Source of the DNA: Guillardia theta CCMP2712
Lineage: Eukaryota > Protista > Cryptophyta
Length of the DNA: 64,000 bases
Assembly (NCBI RefSeq): GCF_000315625.1
Contig: NW_005434644.1
Location: 254,973-318,972 of the forward strand
Direction: 5' to 3'
In this document: positions 38,262-51,498 of the stretch, piece by piece
Numbering within the stretch: the first letter of the stretch is position 1
Layout: each line of letters begins with the position of its first letter
The notes under the pieces: generated by a model
Database searches by the model: none
What the model saw: the letters and a program-made list of their open reading frames with translations, nothing else
Told to the model about the DNA's origin: nothing
Program-made: the position numbers and the translations under genes

Positions 38262-40023
38262 GCTTACACCTGTGTACCCTGCATTTCACCATTCATGTCG
38301 TGGAACAACTCATTTGGTTGAACTTGATATGTCTGCAAAATGTGATCAGGAGAGTCAAACAAGCAATGCAGTCAGACCTGATGTCCTGGGAACTCGTAAC
38401 CAGCGCTCTGTCCGTATCCAGAACTCTGTCCATATCCAGCACTCTGTTGACTTCTCAGTTGAAGATTTTGATGCACTACTTGTTGCGTCATCGGAGCATA
38501 GAGTTGAGAATTTTGCTGCTTTGGAGCAACAGGCGAATATTGCATTTGTTGATACTGCATCTGACTAGGAGGTGCATATGCCGCCTATGGAACCGAAAGA
38601 TCACTTTTAAAGTATTGGAACTTTGCAATGGTATACCTGGTTAGAGACAGAAACGTACTGGACGCTTGGAACTGATTGAGGAGCTTGCATAATGGTCACC
38701 GGCTGCTGCTGTTGCTGCACATACTGTACTGGCTGGATGTACTGTACTGGCTGTTGCTGTACTATCTGCGTTGTTTGCACAGGTACTTGCTGTCTGGTGA
38801 CGGTGTATTGATTGCTAGTAAATTGCCTTTGCTGAGGCTGAGCGCTATTCATTTGAAGCTGGCTCTTTGACACCATCTGACCTGTTGCTGGAAGGAAGAA
38901 GTACTGTTCTTCATCTTTCTTTTCTTCTTTTGTCATTTGTACGTTCTGAGCTGGATCTCCGTATGCTGTGCGAGGAAGATCCACTTCGTAAAACGTTCCA
39001 ATCGTGCTTCGAAAGCCAAGGCGGACTAACAAACCCAATCATTGTAATAAGAGAGCAAACATTTTACCAAAGGTTCCAGCAGGGCCAGGTATTCTCTCAC
39101 GGAGAACATCAAGTCCTACAATTGTTGTCATTCATGAGCGTAATCAACTCGAGTGATCGTACCTTGACCATACACATCTTCCCCGTTGATAAGCTGCAAG
39201 ACGTCACCGGGTTGAATTTTCCTGCTGAGGTCTGCAGGGCCTCCTTTGACAAGTCTTTTCACAAAAACGACCATTCCTCCAGTCCTCATATCAATTCGTT
39301 CACCAAATTTGATCCCAACCTGAAACACAAATAGTGTCAATTGCATTTGACTGCTTGCTAAGGTGTTTGTGTATTACCCCCCGCAATTGAGTGTTGTAGG
39401 TGACTGGAGCATACGTTTGGACTTGCGTGAATTGTCTTGGCTGTGTATAGGTCACCATGGGTGGAGGTGAAGGCATGGAAACAATCTTTCAATAGGTTAG
39501 TCCGATCAATCAGCAATATTGCTAACAATACCTGTACAGTTCCTTGGATAGGCTGTTGAGTTGTGACGTACTGGGTACTTACCATCTGAGGCTGAACAGT
39601 CTCGAGATGGATAGTTTGAGTTTGATTGGAAGGATATCTTGGAGGAGACATTGGAGCATAAGCTTGTTGTTCTTGATAAAACTATTGACCAACTCAGTTC
39701 CAGAGTCTGGCAACAATGAGGTTAACCTGAGCAAAAGTCTGTTGCTGATACTGCTGAGGACTTGGCTGATACTCTCTAAACATCTGTGGGAATCTCAGCC
39801 TGTCCCCCCTCCATGTGGATGACTTTACCATCTGCTGCTCATTTTGGTTACTCAATCCTTGGGTAGCAAAATCATCCTTCGGCTGCAGCTGCTGTTGCTG
39901 TTGCTGCTGTTGCTGCTGTTGCTGCCCAGCCACGGGATCGAAAAATCCTTGTGCACCAGCATAGTTGTCGTAGCTTTGATAGAGCGCTCCATCCCTGCTA
40001 GCATACAGATTTGTGTTCGACAT
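38262..40023 (-). CDS. Gln-rich PDZ-domain protein (multi-exon; 3' end approximate)
   Basis: VGIKF...VFVKRLVKGGPADLSRKIQPGDVLQLINGEDV is a PDZ signature. Confidence 0.8.
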
Positions 40024-42314
40024 CTGGCTAAATTCTGTTGTCAGACTGCCAAATCATGAAACCGATATGGATTAATATTGACATCATGCGCTGTAATTGG
40101 ATTCAATCAATTAAAAGAGCTTCACGTGATTAAAGCTCAAATGGAGCAAGACACTCAGCTCATGTCAAATAGATGGAAAAGATGATATAACACTACACGT
40201 GGAGACATAAATTGCAAAAGAAGAAAATGTAGTGGTCTTGTAGACCTTGGGAGGGAAAGGGGTAGATGAAAACCCAGAATCAAACCAAGATATAGACGAC
40301 AGGTCAAATTCTCTGAACGAGGTTTTAGAAATGACAGAAGGAAGAGAGGATCCTCACAATCCTAGAGATGTGACCATGTTGTTTCATTACTGGCTTCAGA
40401 CTACGACAGCGGCACAGGAAAGATTTGATAGCATGAATTTTCATGAACACACAAACCAGATAGGAGGAGAAGATCTAATTACGATCTTAGAAACAGAGTA
40501 TTGGGAGCATGGGACGTCTGAGGAGCTAAGCAGCGAGGCAGAGGCAAATTTTGAAGGGGAAACGGGGGGAGAGAAGAGACTGGGGTAGGAAATCAGCTGA
40601 TCAGTGTTGTCTGCAAGCAAAAAGCAGAAAAAAGTGAGTGAACAAGGGTAGGAGTCAAGGAGGGAGGGGAGAAGCGGAGAGGAGAGGGCGAGAAGCGGAT
40701 TGGAAGAGGAGGAGCGGGCTGGAGCGGACGGGCAGTGGAATTCAGTGATTGAAGGAAGGGGTGGTAGCAGCAATACGACGAACAGGGGTGGTGTCACGAG
40801 GGAAGTGGGGTTATACCCTGCAAACACAGGGTGGTACTGTAAGACGGTCATGACTCCGGCTACAGCAGGGGGTCAGGTACCTGCTACCACCCCTATTCAA
40901 AGAACAAGGAAATACCGATAGGATCAGAACACGTGAAGGAGGAGGGTAGGGTGTATAGAATTGTTGATGGTGGGTAGGCTATGGGGTGGTGGTGGTATTT
41001 TCATGTTAGATGTGCAGGGGTCCATATGGCGTCCTGCGAAGAAGATCGGGGGGTAGTCATTTATCCTCAGACGCTAGGGGTGATTCCGGTTACTATGGTA
41101 AACGACAGGGGTGGTTTCTCCTCAGCGTTCAGAGATTCGATACGGGCAAGAAACATTTCGAAAATGTCTGGTAAACCATGAAATATTTCAACTACAATTA
41201 AAAGATCAAGGTATCCCAATTTCATCTTTCTCCCAAATTTAGCCACCCCCACCCCCTGGACTACTGGAGATCCCGGAGTTCAATCCTTTCCGGATTGATC
41301 TTATGGACCCGACCCCCTTCCTGTAGTACCTAATTGGTACCCCTACCCCCATCGGGTACTCGCCCACGTCAGAAGAGTTTAGGCTACCCCAACAACTCAC
41401 TTTTTTCACGGTACTACTTCAACATCAAAGGAGCAGCCTCGAACCTTGGCGTGTACAAGGGGGATGACCTGCATCAGTGTGTGCCACCCCTCACCCTCAC
41501 TGCCCTTATGGTAGGTCCGCGGGGGCTCCCGGGGGCCGACCGTACCGATGGGTGGGGAGTCCGAGTCCGCCGGGCTGTGCGGCACTGGGCGGCGGACCTC
41601 ATCCCCCTACACACCGTCACTCGGAGGCTCAGTCAAAAGTCAAACAGCCTGAGTGCAGCAAACAGTGCTCAAACAGCTTCTCAAACAGGCTCAAAGCAGC
41701 AGCAAAGCAGCAAACTGAGCAGCCGCTGAGCTCTGAGTTTACTCAAAGATAAGTTAAATATCACAGTGATGCCAGTGCCCCCGGCCGTGACCGACGGTCT
41801 GCCGGGCCGGCGGTTCTGGGTTCGTCCGAGTCGGAGAGCACAGCCTGCGGCACCGACGGCGGCACTGCTCCCGGAGTGACTCAGGCAGTCGCCCGCCGGT
41901 ACGCCGTGACGGTAGTCCGCCGGGCCCAGGACTTCCGAGTCACTGCAGGACTCCGGGCCTCCGATCGTTCTGCCACGCCGGGCCGCGCGATTTGAGGCCC
42001 ATCACGCGACTCGGAATCAATGATTGCCCGGCCCGCCGGTGCGCGTCCGATGCCGGGCACCCGGCCCCCGGTAACCGGGTGCGGTGGGCCACTTCAGTGT
42101 AGTCCGGGTCTTTGCCAACTTCTGAGGGACTTTAACTTATAGAGTCAAGTTTTGCACTAAAGTACAGTACAGTGATCTCAGTGGTCCTAGTTAACTGGCG
42201 TCACTGACTCACGTCACGGTACAGGCGGCTTGCCAAGTTGTCACAGCCTGTTCTGAACGCCCCCGACTTACTCGGACCGTTGGCGCATGATGCCGTCTGA
42301 TCTCACTGCTGGTT

Positions 42315-44313
42315 CTAGAGGTACAAGAGAGGATCCAACCTGACAGCTGCCCGAGCACCAGAAGCAGGGCTTCGTGCGAATGCTGGGCTAGGAGATCCTG
42401 AGTGAGGACTCCTGGCAGTCAGACTCCCGGGAGGACGAGGGCTGATGGAGAGAGGAGGGAGCGAGTGTGACCAGCTCATGGAGGTGCGATGAAGTTCGAG
42501 CTCAAGAGGAGACAGGCCGATCTGAGAGACCCTGCTGCCGGTGCGGGTGGGACTGGCCGCGTCATGTTCCTGGTCTTCAGGCTTCACAGTGTCCCTGCTG
42601 CCGCTGCTCATGTGCTTCTGCCAGGACGATCAACGGGAGGGAAAGGCAGCACGGAAGTGACCTGCAGCCTTGAGACGAGCTCGTGCTTGGCGCCTTCCTG
42701 TGAGAGACCATGCTGCCTCAACTCACCCTTCAGCTCTGTCGTCCTCATCTTGAGGACGCTCCGGAGGAGTCGCTGCAGGAGCCGTCAGAGAGGAGGCGAC
42801 CCAGGCCCTCGCTCCTACCGTACTCCGCTGCAGGCTACGCCGATGGATATCTTGGGACATCATCTTCTTGTGCATATCCTCTAGGGTCGACCTGACAGGG
42901 AGGATCAACAACCTTGTATCAGCCATATGCTGCTGAATGAATGCCTTGGAGGAGGAGGAACTGAGTCGAGATTGTCCTGGAGGAATGGAATCAGCATTCT
43001 ACCGAGGGGAGCATCTCGAGAGGATGCGATTACAAGGTTCGCAAGAGGCTGGAGTCGTCCTACCCATCGTTGCTCTTGTGGGCGATACCTGCGTCGCAAT
43101 GAGATGAAGAGACATCACATTGATCAGCTGGCAGACCCGTTCAAGTCAGCCTTGTGCTTCCCTGCCTGTCTTTCTTTCATCGTCTAAAAAGCATCGTCAT
43201 ATGACGCAGCAGCTTCTTGTGGTGGTTTGACCCCTGTCATCGCTATCTGCCGCCTAACGAACGCCTGTACATCTTTTGAGAAGACAGATCGCCTCTGTGT
43301 TTGTGTCCGCAACCTGCAGCGACTTGACGGCGTTCACTTGGTTCCGCCGGTAGAAACTCTTTGCGCGAGAAATGTACGTGAAGCTCTTGGAAGGTCGTCA
43401 GGGACGAGGAGCGTGAAACACTTCACAGACTTCTTCACTCGACTTGGTCATCATGAGCTTGAGCAGCTTGTCGAGCCTGCTAGATGTGTTGACCCAGCGA
43501 CTGCGATTTCGGTCACGAGGCGACTGTAGAGCCACCAACTGACTCGTTAAACTTCTCTTCTAGTTGTATTCCGTTCACTGCTACTCAAACCGGCTTCAGC
43601 GTTCGAAGGCCCGTCAAAGTCACCTTGAATCACCGCTGAGCCTCTTTGCTTGGAAGTCGTCACTTGCTGATTTCGTCTTATCGTCCTGTCATACAAGCTC
43701 TCCATCACATCTCGAAAGCTTCAAGTGTCGGATACCGCAAGAGCTCCAGCGCGTGTCTTGGAGTTTTCGCGCTCCATGAAATGATGCAGCTGCAGTAGGA
43801 CTCGTACATGCCTCCTCAGACTCTCTCTCCTCCCTCCCTCACCTGGCTCAGCCACTGCTGAGCTTCTGCTAGAGAATCGGCACAGAGCAAGTAAGAGCTT
43901 GACGAGTCAGGGACCTTCACTCCCTTCGTCTCCTCCTGCCTCTCATCTCCAACAGGCTCGTCCTTCTCGCGAACAAGGACGAGGAAAGCAAACTTGTGCT
44001 CAGGGACCGCGAGTTGCTAGGGAGAGGTCAGCACCGCAAGCGTCTTCTGCCGGCTGCTCACCGTGGCCTCATCCTCTGGTATCAAGTGAGCGGATTCGAT
44101 GTCAGCTACAGCGGCCACCAGTTGCAACTGAAGATGGTTTCACTGACATCGCACGCGGACATCCATGCCTGTCTTCACCTCATCCCCCTCGCTCCTCCCT
44201 GTGAAGATTCCTGTTCAAACCACCTCAGCTGGTCCTGCCCCTCAAAGGTCGTTCGCGAAGCAGACCCGTAGACTTGGGGCCATTAGGAACCTGACTTGAG
44301 CCCGAGACTGTAT

Positions 44314-44344
<31 letters not shown>

Positions 44345-44940
44345 CTCCTCCTCCTCCTCCTTCCTTTCAGTCTGCAAGAGCGAGAGAGGTCGTAAGGAGC
44401 ACATCACCACCAACAAGCTGTAGCTACGGTGATGTCCAAGAAGCAGAAGAATTGCTGGAACCATCTTCCTTCGCTCTCTCCTTCTTCTCTGATCCACAGC
44501 GGCCCAGACTTGTAGCTCTCAGACTGTCCCGCAATCACCCGAGGAGGAGGAGACTCTGGTAGCTTACCAACTCTGACGGCTCCATCCCTCCATCGTCAAC
44601 GTCCTCCCGAGTCTCTTTGACGCGATCTCCTACGAGAACAAGAATCACTCACTGTTGATCACTTTGTAGGTGGAAGTGCCATGATAGGGCAGAGCTGACA
44701 TCTTGAGTTCTTCACAGAGGAAATCCACCTGCATGAGATGAATGTGATTGAGGCCTTCAAACAAGACAACAAGGGCACCATAATAACATCATTGGATCGA
44801 AAGCACAACTCTGTCGATCTTCCGAAATTTTTGATCTTTCCCTTCCTTGTCCTGTAAATGGACCAAGATTAGCATGTCTGCATATTTGACGTACTGATGG
44901 CGCAAACCGAATTGGTTTCCACGATCGTTCAACAAGAGCT
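42315..44940 (-). CDS. Hypothetical exons; either a separate gene or the 3' continuation of the ankyrin-LRR gene
   Basis: Short Ser-rich coding-like segments with splice signals; no domain recognised. Confidence 0.4.
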
Positions 44941-44969
44941 TCGGACCCAACGCTAGTCGGCAACCAATC

Positions 44970-47900
44970 CTACAAACACCAAGTCAAGGCAGAGGAAGAG
45001 GGGAGCTCGTCAAACCACGTCAGGCTTACCAGGACTCGCTGCCAGCTGTCGTCCTGCTGTTGCTGTTGCTCAACTTCTTTCAGAGGGGTCAAACTCTCGA
45101 CGGAGGAGACCCCCAGCAACCATTCGAATGTCCTGGGAAGAGCGCGAGGTGAGGGGAGGGAGCAAGGAGCTTGTCTTAGTGCAAGCAAACCTTCGGATCA
45201 TCTCAACCTGCGATGCGTCTGCCGCTTCCTCCACTGCCTCGAGTCTCTTCTCCAGGTCTGCTTCCATCACCTCCTCCTCCACCTGACGGTCTGCTAGCGG
45301 AATCCTCCCCGGCGCCAGCAGCGTCAGGTCAGCCTGCATGTCCTCAGCCTGCAGGAGGTCAGGCAATCGGAGGAGCTACACTCCTGGACCTGCGACCACT
45401 CGTCGAGCAGCTGCAGGTTGCGGTGGAACCTGAATCTCATCACGAATCGTCCCCGCAGAACCTGCTTGTCTTGAGTGTCGGACAGTACCCTGCCGCTCCA
45501 TGCAGCGTCGATCTCTTCCACCGTCCCCAACTTGGTGATGCTGACGATGGAGCAGGAGGGGCGGTGGCGGGCGAGAGTAAAGAGCTTCAGGAGCACCTGC
45601 CTGTCGTCCTTCCTGTCCAGCTCCAGACGGTACAACCCGCTGGGGTTGCTCTCGTTGAAAAGGAGGAGGGGGCCAACGTGGTGCAGCACGCGGTTGTAGC
45701 TGCTCGGGCCGAGGAAGCGAGCCGCTCTGTGCAGGACCTCCTGGTCTACTACGCGACTAAGCAGCAGGCGGAAAGCCGTCTCCTTCTCAGCTCCCTCCTC
45801 CAGCTGGCCGAGGATCTGAAGGAGGTGCTTGACCGAGAAGGTGTAGTCGCCCGTGACCTTGCGGAGCTCGAGCATGCGCTGCAGGGGCGAAGGGCTCTTG
45901 CCAAGGATCGAGAGCAGCTGCTGGAGGTCTTGCTGGCCGAGCTCACGGACGAATCCCTTCTTCACCTCCATCACGTCCAGCTGCATCCGGGCAGGGGCGG
46001 CAGGCAGCTCGAAGTTCTTGTCCACAGGGACCCTCTTGCCGTCCACGCGGAGGTTGCGCCAGGTCTCCGACGACGTTCCTCGCATGTACCTGAGGAGGCA
46101 GTCGGCGATGGCTCGATGCCTCTCGTCCTGCAGCAGGAGGTCGTAGCTGCCGGTGAGGTTTGGGAGGAGGACGTTGAGGTGGAGGGAGGACGCGAGGAGG
46201 GCCTGCTCCTGCATGGGGAAGCGCGAGACGAGGCTGAAGCGGATGCCGCGACCTTGAACAGCATCAAGGAGGAGTCTGATCCCGTCGGAGAAAGGGTTGT
46301 GATCGAGGAAGAGCACGGTGAGGCTCGAGTTCTTGGAGATCGCGACCGAGAGCGCGCCACAAGCTTGCTCGGGGATGCTGCAGCTGCTGATGTCTAGCCG
46401 GGCCAAGGTCGTGCTGCGAGAGATGCAGTCTGCAAGGACCGCCGCTCCTCTCTCCTCCAGTCTGTTCCAGGAGACGTCAAGAGAGGTGATGCTTCTGCTC
46501 GCCAAGAACAGCCGCTTGCTCGCTCCTTCGCGCCCCTCTTCGACGTCCAGCGATCCCCCTAGTGCATGCAGGATCATCGCCGACCCGTTGGGTCCTAGCG
46601 AGTTCCAGGACAAGTCGACCTCGCGCATCGTTGGATGTTTCCCCAGCACGCCAGCAAGGCTCGTTCCTCCCTCCTCTCCGATGGAGCAATTCTGCAGGGA
46701 CAGCACCTGGATACTGGAGTTGACCTCCAGCCCAGCTGCGAGCATGCGCATGCCTCGGCCCCCGATGTTGGTGTTGTTCAAGCTGAGCTCCTGCAGGGCA
46801 CACGCCCTCCTGGAAACCAGCTGAGCGAGGATGGAGCAAGGCTGAGGGCCGAGGAGGGCAAAGTGAACGGAGAGCTTGGAGAGTGAAGGGCAGGAGGCGA
46901 CGGCCGTCCAGAGCTCCTTCCCCTCCTTCATCCTGGTAGTTGGGCTATGCAGACAGACTTCCGTCACGAGCATGTTATACTTGAGAGCGCTTGCTAGCGC
47001 GTGCATCTCCTTCGTCTCCTCCTCCGTCCCCTTCCTGCTCCGCATGAAGGGGTAGTCACGCACCACCAACCTCCTTGTCGCCAGCTGCTCCAGGATGAGC
47101 TTGTCCGGCCTGATCCTCTTTATCACGCAAGCTCTGAGGTACTCTTCCATTGGATGCTTCCTTCCCGCCATCATCAGGTAGTCTTCATCAAACATGCTGC
47201 TGCTACGTTCTCCCGCACCCCCTCCCTCCCCCTGCATGGCCACATCCTCGTACGCGTTCATGGTCTCGTAGACCAATCTCGTCACTCTCGGTACGGCAGG
47301 AACTTCTTTGACGAGCCTCTCTCTGTATGTCTCCGCGCGTGCCTGCTCATTCAGCGCAAGCTGACCGTCATTCTTGATTTGATCGCTGAACTGCTTCAAC
47401 GTCCGGAGGCTCCCGCCGAACATGGACTTGCGCCTGCTGATAAGTCAGCCTCGCTGCACGAGCACGGGACAGGGTAGGCTACTGGGAGCCTCGTTATGAG
47501 TCAGCAAGCAACAAGGGTGCAACCTCTTGAGATCTTGTCGTAGCAGCAACGCTCGTCGCTGCAGCTTCTGAAAGCGAAGGTCGTCGTCGAGGTCCATCTT
47601 GACCTGGCAAGGTCTCAGCTGTCACAGATCAGCTCGCGCAAGTCGGGAGGCGACCTTGGACAGGATAATTTGACACAGCTTGTAAGAGTTCTCGAACGCC
47701 TTGTCCTTGAGCTTCCTCCCCCAGTCCTCCGATGAAGGATCAATCCCAGACTCTATCAACGACTGTTCCGCGTCCTCTAGCGTGAGCTGGCATGCACGAG
47801 TCAAGTCATGAGCCAGCCTGCGGCATGCTGAAGCAACATCTCACCTTCAGCTCAACTGCCTCTTCGTTGAGGATCTGCGAAGTCGACTCGCACCATGCCG

Positions 47901-48451
47901 AAAAGTGATCGGACATTCGCTGCCTGTTGTAGTACCTGTACGCCTCCCTTGCGCTGTACAGCATCGCGCAGTAGCCATCAGCAAACAACTCCGGGTCAGC
48001 TACAGTGTCGAAGTACTTGATGACAGCTTGATGCTGACCCATCCAGGCATAATCGTACGCTCTTAGGCCTCGATCGCACCGCAGGTAGCGTTGGGCTCCC
48101 GCCCTCTCCAGGACCTTGACCATGTCCAGATCCCCGTGCTTCGCCGCAAGCATGAGAGGAGTCAACCCCCGCTCGTCCGCATGATCGACATGTCTCATCA
48201 AGATGCGCGCAAGAAACTCCAGCGACTCATGTCTTCGAGCTCCGACCGCTTGATGAAGCACGTCCTGACCCGCCTCGTCCCTGATCAGCGCAACCTCGTC
48301 GTCTCTCCCCTCCGCGTACAAGTCCAGCACGATCGTCTCTAGCGTCTGCGTGTCCTGCGCTAGGACGGCTTGCAGGAACTCTCTCCGCACCTCCCTCGCC
48401 CATGAGCATCGCGTGCTTCCTAGCGGGCACCGGCATCGCTGCATGCCCCAC
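44970..48451 (-). CDS. Ankyrin-repeat + RNI-like LRR protein
   Basis: Ankyrin: DERGLTPLMLAAKHGDLDMVKVL. RI-type LRRs: LQELSLNNTNIGGRG, LSLQNCSIGEEG, VDLSWNSLGPNG. Two (N)PxGxYxLxL repeats in the C-terminal half. Confidence 0.82.
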
Positions 48452-48537
48452 CTGACGATCCGTTGACAGCGCTTGTCAGTGTCAAAAGACCGCCTAGCTA
48501 CTAGCTCTAGTCCGGGCCGCCGGGTCGGAGTCCGAGG

Positions 48538-48786
48538 CTCTTTTACTCAAAGTTAAGTTAAAAATCAGTACGAGGACAAGTAAGTCCGAGGCTCCATACG
48601 GCGAGAAGAGAAAAGACAGCGAGAACCAACTTGGCAATCCTCATCCTGCCGAGCGCTGTCCCCCAAACTTAACTGATACCTTCACTTAAATCAGTACGGG
48701 TACAGACATCGGATCGGATTGCCGGACACCTGCTCTGAGGCGAGCTCACTCTCACTACGTCAGTATCCTCGAGTTGAGTGAAAGAG
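48538..48786. mobile_element. Second, diverged copy of the MITE-like element, in a divergent promoter
   Basis: CTCTTTTACTCAA (48538-48550) and TTGAGTGAAAGAG (48774-48786) match 12/13 as an inverted repeat. Shares AGTTAAAAATCAGTACGAGGACAA, AAGACAGCG and ACTTAACTG with 4383-4716. Confidence 0.45.
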
Positions 48787-48805
48787 ACCTGGCGGCTGCT
48801 CCGAC

Positions 48806-51293
48806 ATGGTTCCCAGCGCTGCCTATGGGGCGACGATGCTGGGGTCGGCGGCGATGAACAACGTGTGGGTTACGTACTCCATCCCCTTCTTCTCCTCCAG
48901 ACTCTCCTCTTCCTCCTTCTTCCTCGGACAGGCGCTGTACATGGTGTGGAATGCGCTCAACGACCCTCTCATCGGGTGGATATCCGACATGTCGCCCGGC
49001 CTCATGCGGAGGAGGATCCCAGCGATCCGGTACGGAGGACCCTTGTGGGCTCTCGTGTTTTCCCTCTCATGGCTGGACTGGGGGGACGAGGGGCATAAAG
49101 GCTCTTTCCTCTCTGCCATTCACTTCACCCTCGCACTTTGCGCGTATGATGGGCTGCTGACTACGGTGGAGCTGAATCATGGTGCCCTCCTCGCCGGTGA
49201 GTTGCCTCCCTATCATGCATATGGCGATTCGCCATGGCGATATGATGAGGCTGGGCGAGGACGGAGACCGCACAGCGGACTTACCAGCTTATGGCAGATA
49301 TCTCGAGCTCAGTGGAGGATCGTACAAAGCTGAATCAGGCCTCCGCGATCGGAGCGGTGCACAGAAGGGGAGGAGACCGGGAGAGGAAGATGATGACGGT
49401 GCTGCTAGGTGATTGGGTCTTGCTCCTCCTTCTTCGGGCACATGTACTGGAACCCCGTTCCCGGAGCCGACCTGCATCTCTTCCGACGCTTCAGGTGGGA
49501 GGAGAGGAGGGGCTTCAGGGCGGCTGAACCAGAGGGGGCAGTGCTGTCGTGTCCCTGATCTCTGCCCTCGCCTTTACGTACTCGGCGCACGGGATATCAA
49601 GACACGAGCAGGTCGAGGGGGAGGGAGGAGGATGGAGGGAGGAGGGAGGGAGGGGAGTTGAGGCTGTTCTATGTCAGAGCCTTGAGCTCAAGGAGAAGTT
49701 GGAGGAAACGAGCTCCGAGCTTCACCACAAGGCATCGACCCGCAAGTCAGTGGCCATCGTGATGAAGCAGCTCTGGAACCACAAGAACCTCGGGGTATTC
49801 ACGCTAGTCAGCGCCCTACAGGTCCTGCTGGACCCTGAGGAGTCTAAGGACCTGAGCCAGCGTAGGTTTTCGAGTGCACGTTCGAGAAGAACTTCCTGTC
49901 GTCATTCGTTGACGTGCTGCTGGTCGACTTGTCCCGCAAGACCCGAAGGTCCTCACGCCTTCAAGCAGCGACGCTCTGACCTCCTGCCGCCAGCCTCATC
50001 ATCTCCACCTCCTTCATCCTACCATGGCTGACCACCATCCTTGTCGGCCCGTTTGTGAACAAGCATGGCGTGTATCGGCTGCTGCAGATTGCCTTCACTC
50101 TCAAGGTTCGACTCGATCTTTCCTCGCCCTCTTCGACATCTGACGCCCTCCCGCCTTACAGCTCATGCTGAGCATGGTGGCTCTCTGCATCGGGTACAAG
50201 CATCAGGTCTTTATCGGTCTCTTCGCCGTTGCCACGAGGGTCTTGACCGAGTGCGTCTGCCGACAAGTGAGAGAAATCTGCTCGACATCGACGTCTGGAA
50301 ATTGTTGACTTCTCCTCCTCCAGAGCACAATGGTTCTAGCGGACCTTGCTGACGAGGTTCTTGCTTCTTCCTAGCTACTCCTCGTCTCCTCTCCGCCCTC
50401 TCCCTCGTTCCTCCAGTTCTGCTTTCCCTTACGTCATTGATGCCTCCCCCTTCTCTCCTTCCTCATTCACACCGAAAGTGATTTCTTGGCAAGGACAAGT
50501 ACCTCCACATCCGCGACAGGAGCATGAGGTGAGCTGTTTCCAGCTGCCGTAACTCGCCTCCTCCTCCCCTGCCCCGTTTCTCTCCCTCCTTCAATCATTC
50601 CTCCCTCCTCCCTCCTCCTCCTCCTCGTTCCTCCTCCTCGTCCTCCTGCTCTGATTCCGTCACGCAGTGCGACAGTCATGGGCACCAACGCGCTCTTCAC
50701 GAAGCCGGGAGAGAGTCTGGTCGATTCCTTGCACGAGCATGCAGTTTCTTAATACAGCTTGACAGGCTCCGATGCTGGGTTGGGCCATTCTCAACTATCG
50801 CTCCTCCGATTCCAAAGGGATAGGACAGGGACAAGGACAACAGGTGAAGGAGGAAGACAAGGAAGAGGGAGGAGGAAGAGGTCTGAGGGAGGGAGGGAGG
50901 GAGGAAGAGGAGGGAGAGGGAGGGAGGGAGGAAGAGGAGGGAGGGAGGGAGGGACGAGGAGGAGAAAGAAGTTTGAGACGGGGAAAGGAGCAGTGCATCA
51001 CTGAAATTTGTTACTCCTTCAGACTACTCTGTTCTACTGCCTGGTGCTTGGACCTCTTTTCGTAGCTAGCGCCCAGTTGGTGCTGTGGCAAAATTTCAGG
51101 GTCTGCCCTGCCCTGCCCTGCCCTGCCCTGCCCTGCCCTGCCCTGCCCTGCCCTGCTCTCCTGTTCTCGTCTAATGGCGTTGCAGCTGCGCGGCGAGTAC
51201 TTGGGGAAGGTGAAGGAATTTATCAACCAGAAGGACCTGGAAGTCGCTCTATCGACGGGAGCGAGCGTCTTCCCTTCTTACAAGGAGACTTGA
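48806..51293 (+). CDS. MFSD13A: MFS transporter, TMEM180/MFSD13A-like (multi-exon)
   Basis: QALYMVWNALNDPLIGWISD, RRRIPAIRYGGPL, YDGLLT..ELNHGALLAD, MGTNALFTKPGESL, APMLGW. Confidence 0.82.
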
Positions 51294-51498
51294 ACGCGGG
51301 GAAGGCGGCGGGAGGGCGAGGGCGAGTGCACGTACGATTACCGGGGAAGGGATGGAGGAGGGAAACATTTTAGAAAGGCTGTGTGAGCTCCTAGGAAACA
51401 TTAAGATAGCAGGGAGGAAGGGATGAGAGGAGGGGATGAGAGGAGGAGACTCATGGGAAGTCTTTCTGTACAGTAGAAGAAAAGAATAAGATCGTATG

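Noticed and set aside
40240-41560. Interstitial telomeric repeats or a retroelement ORF
   Set aside because: No periodic unit; the short ORFs (e.g. 40247-40588) show no RT, integrase or gag motif.
45213-46397. 394-aa plus-strand ORF
   Set aside because: Antisense shadow of the LRR exon.
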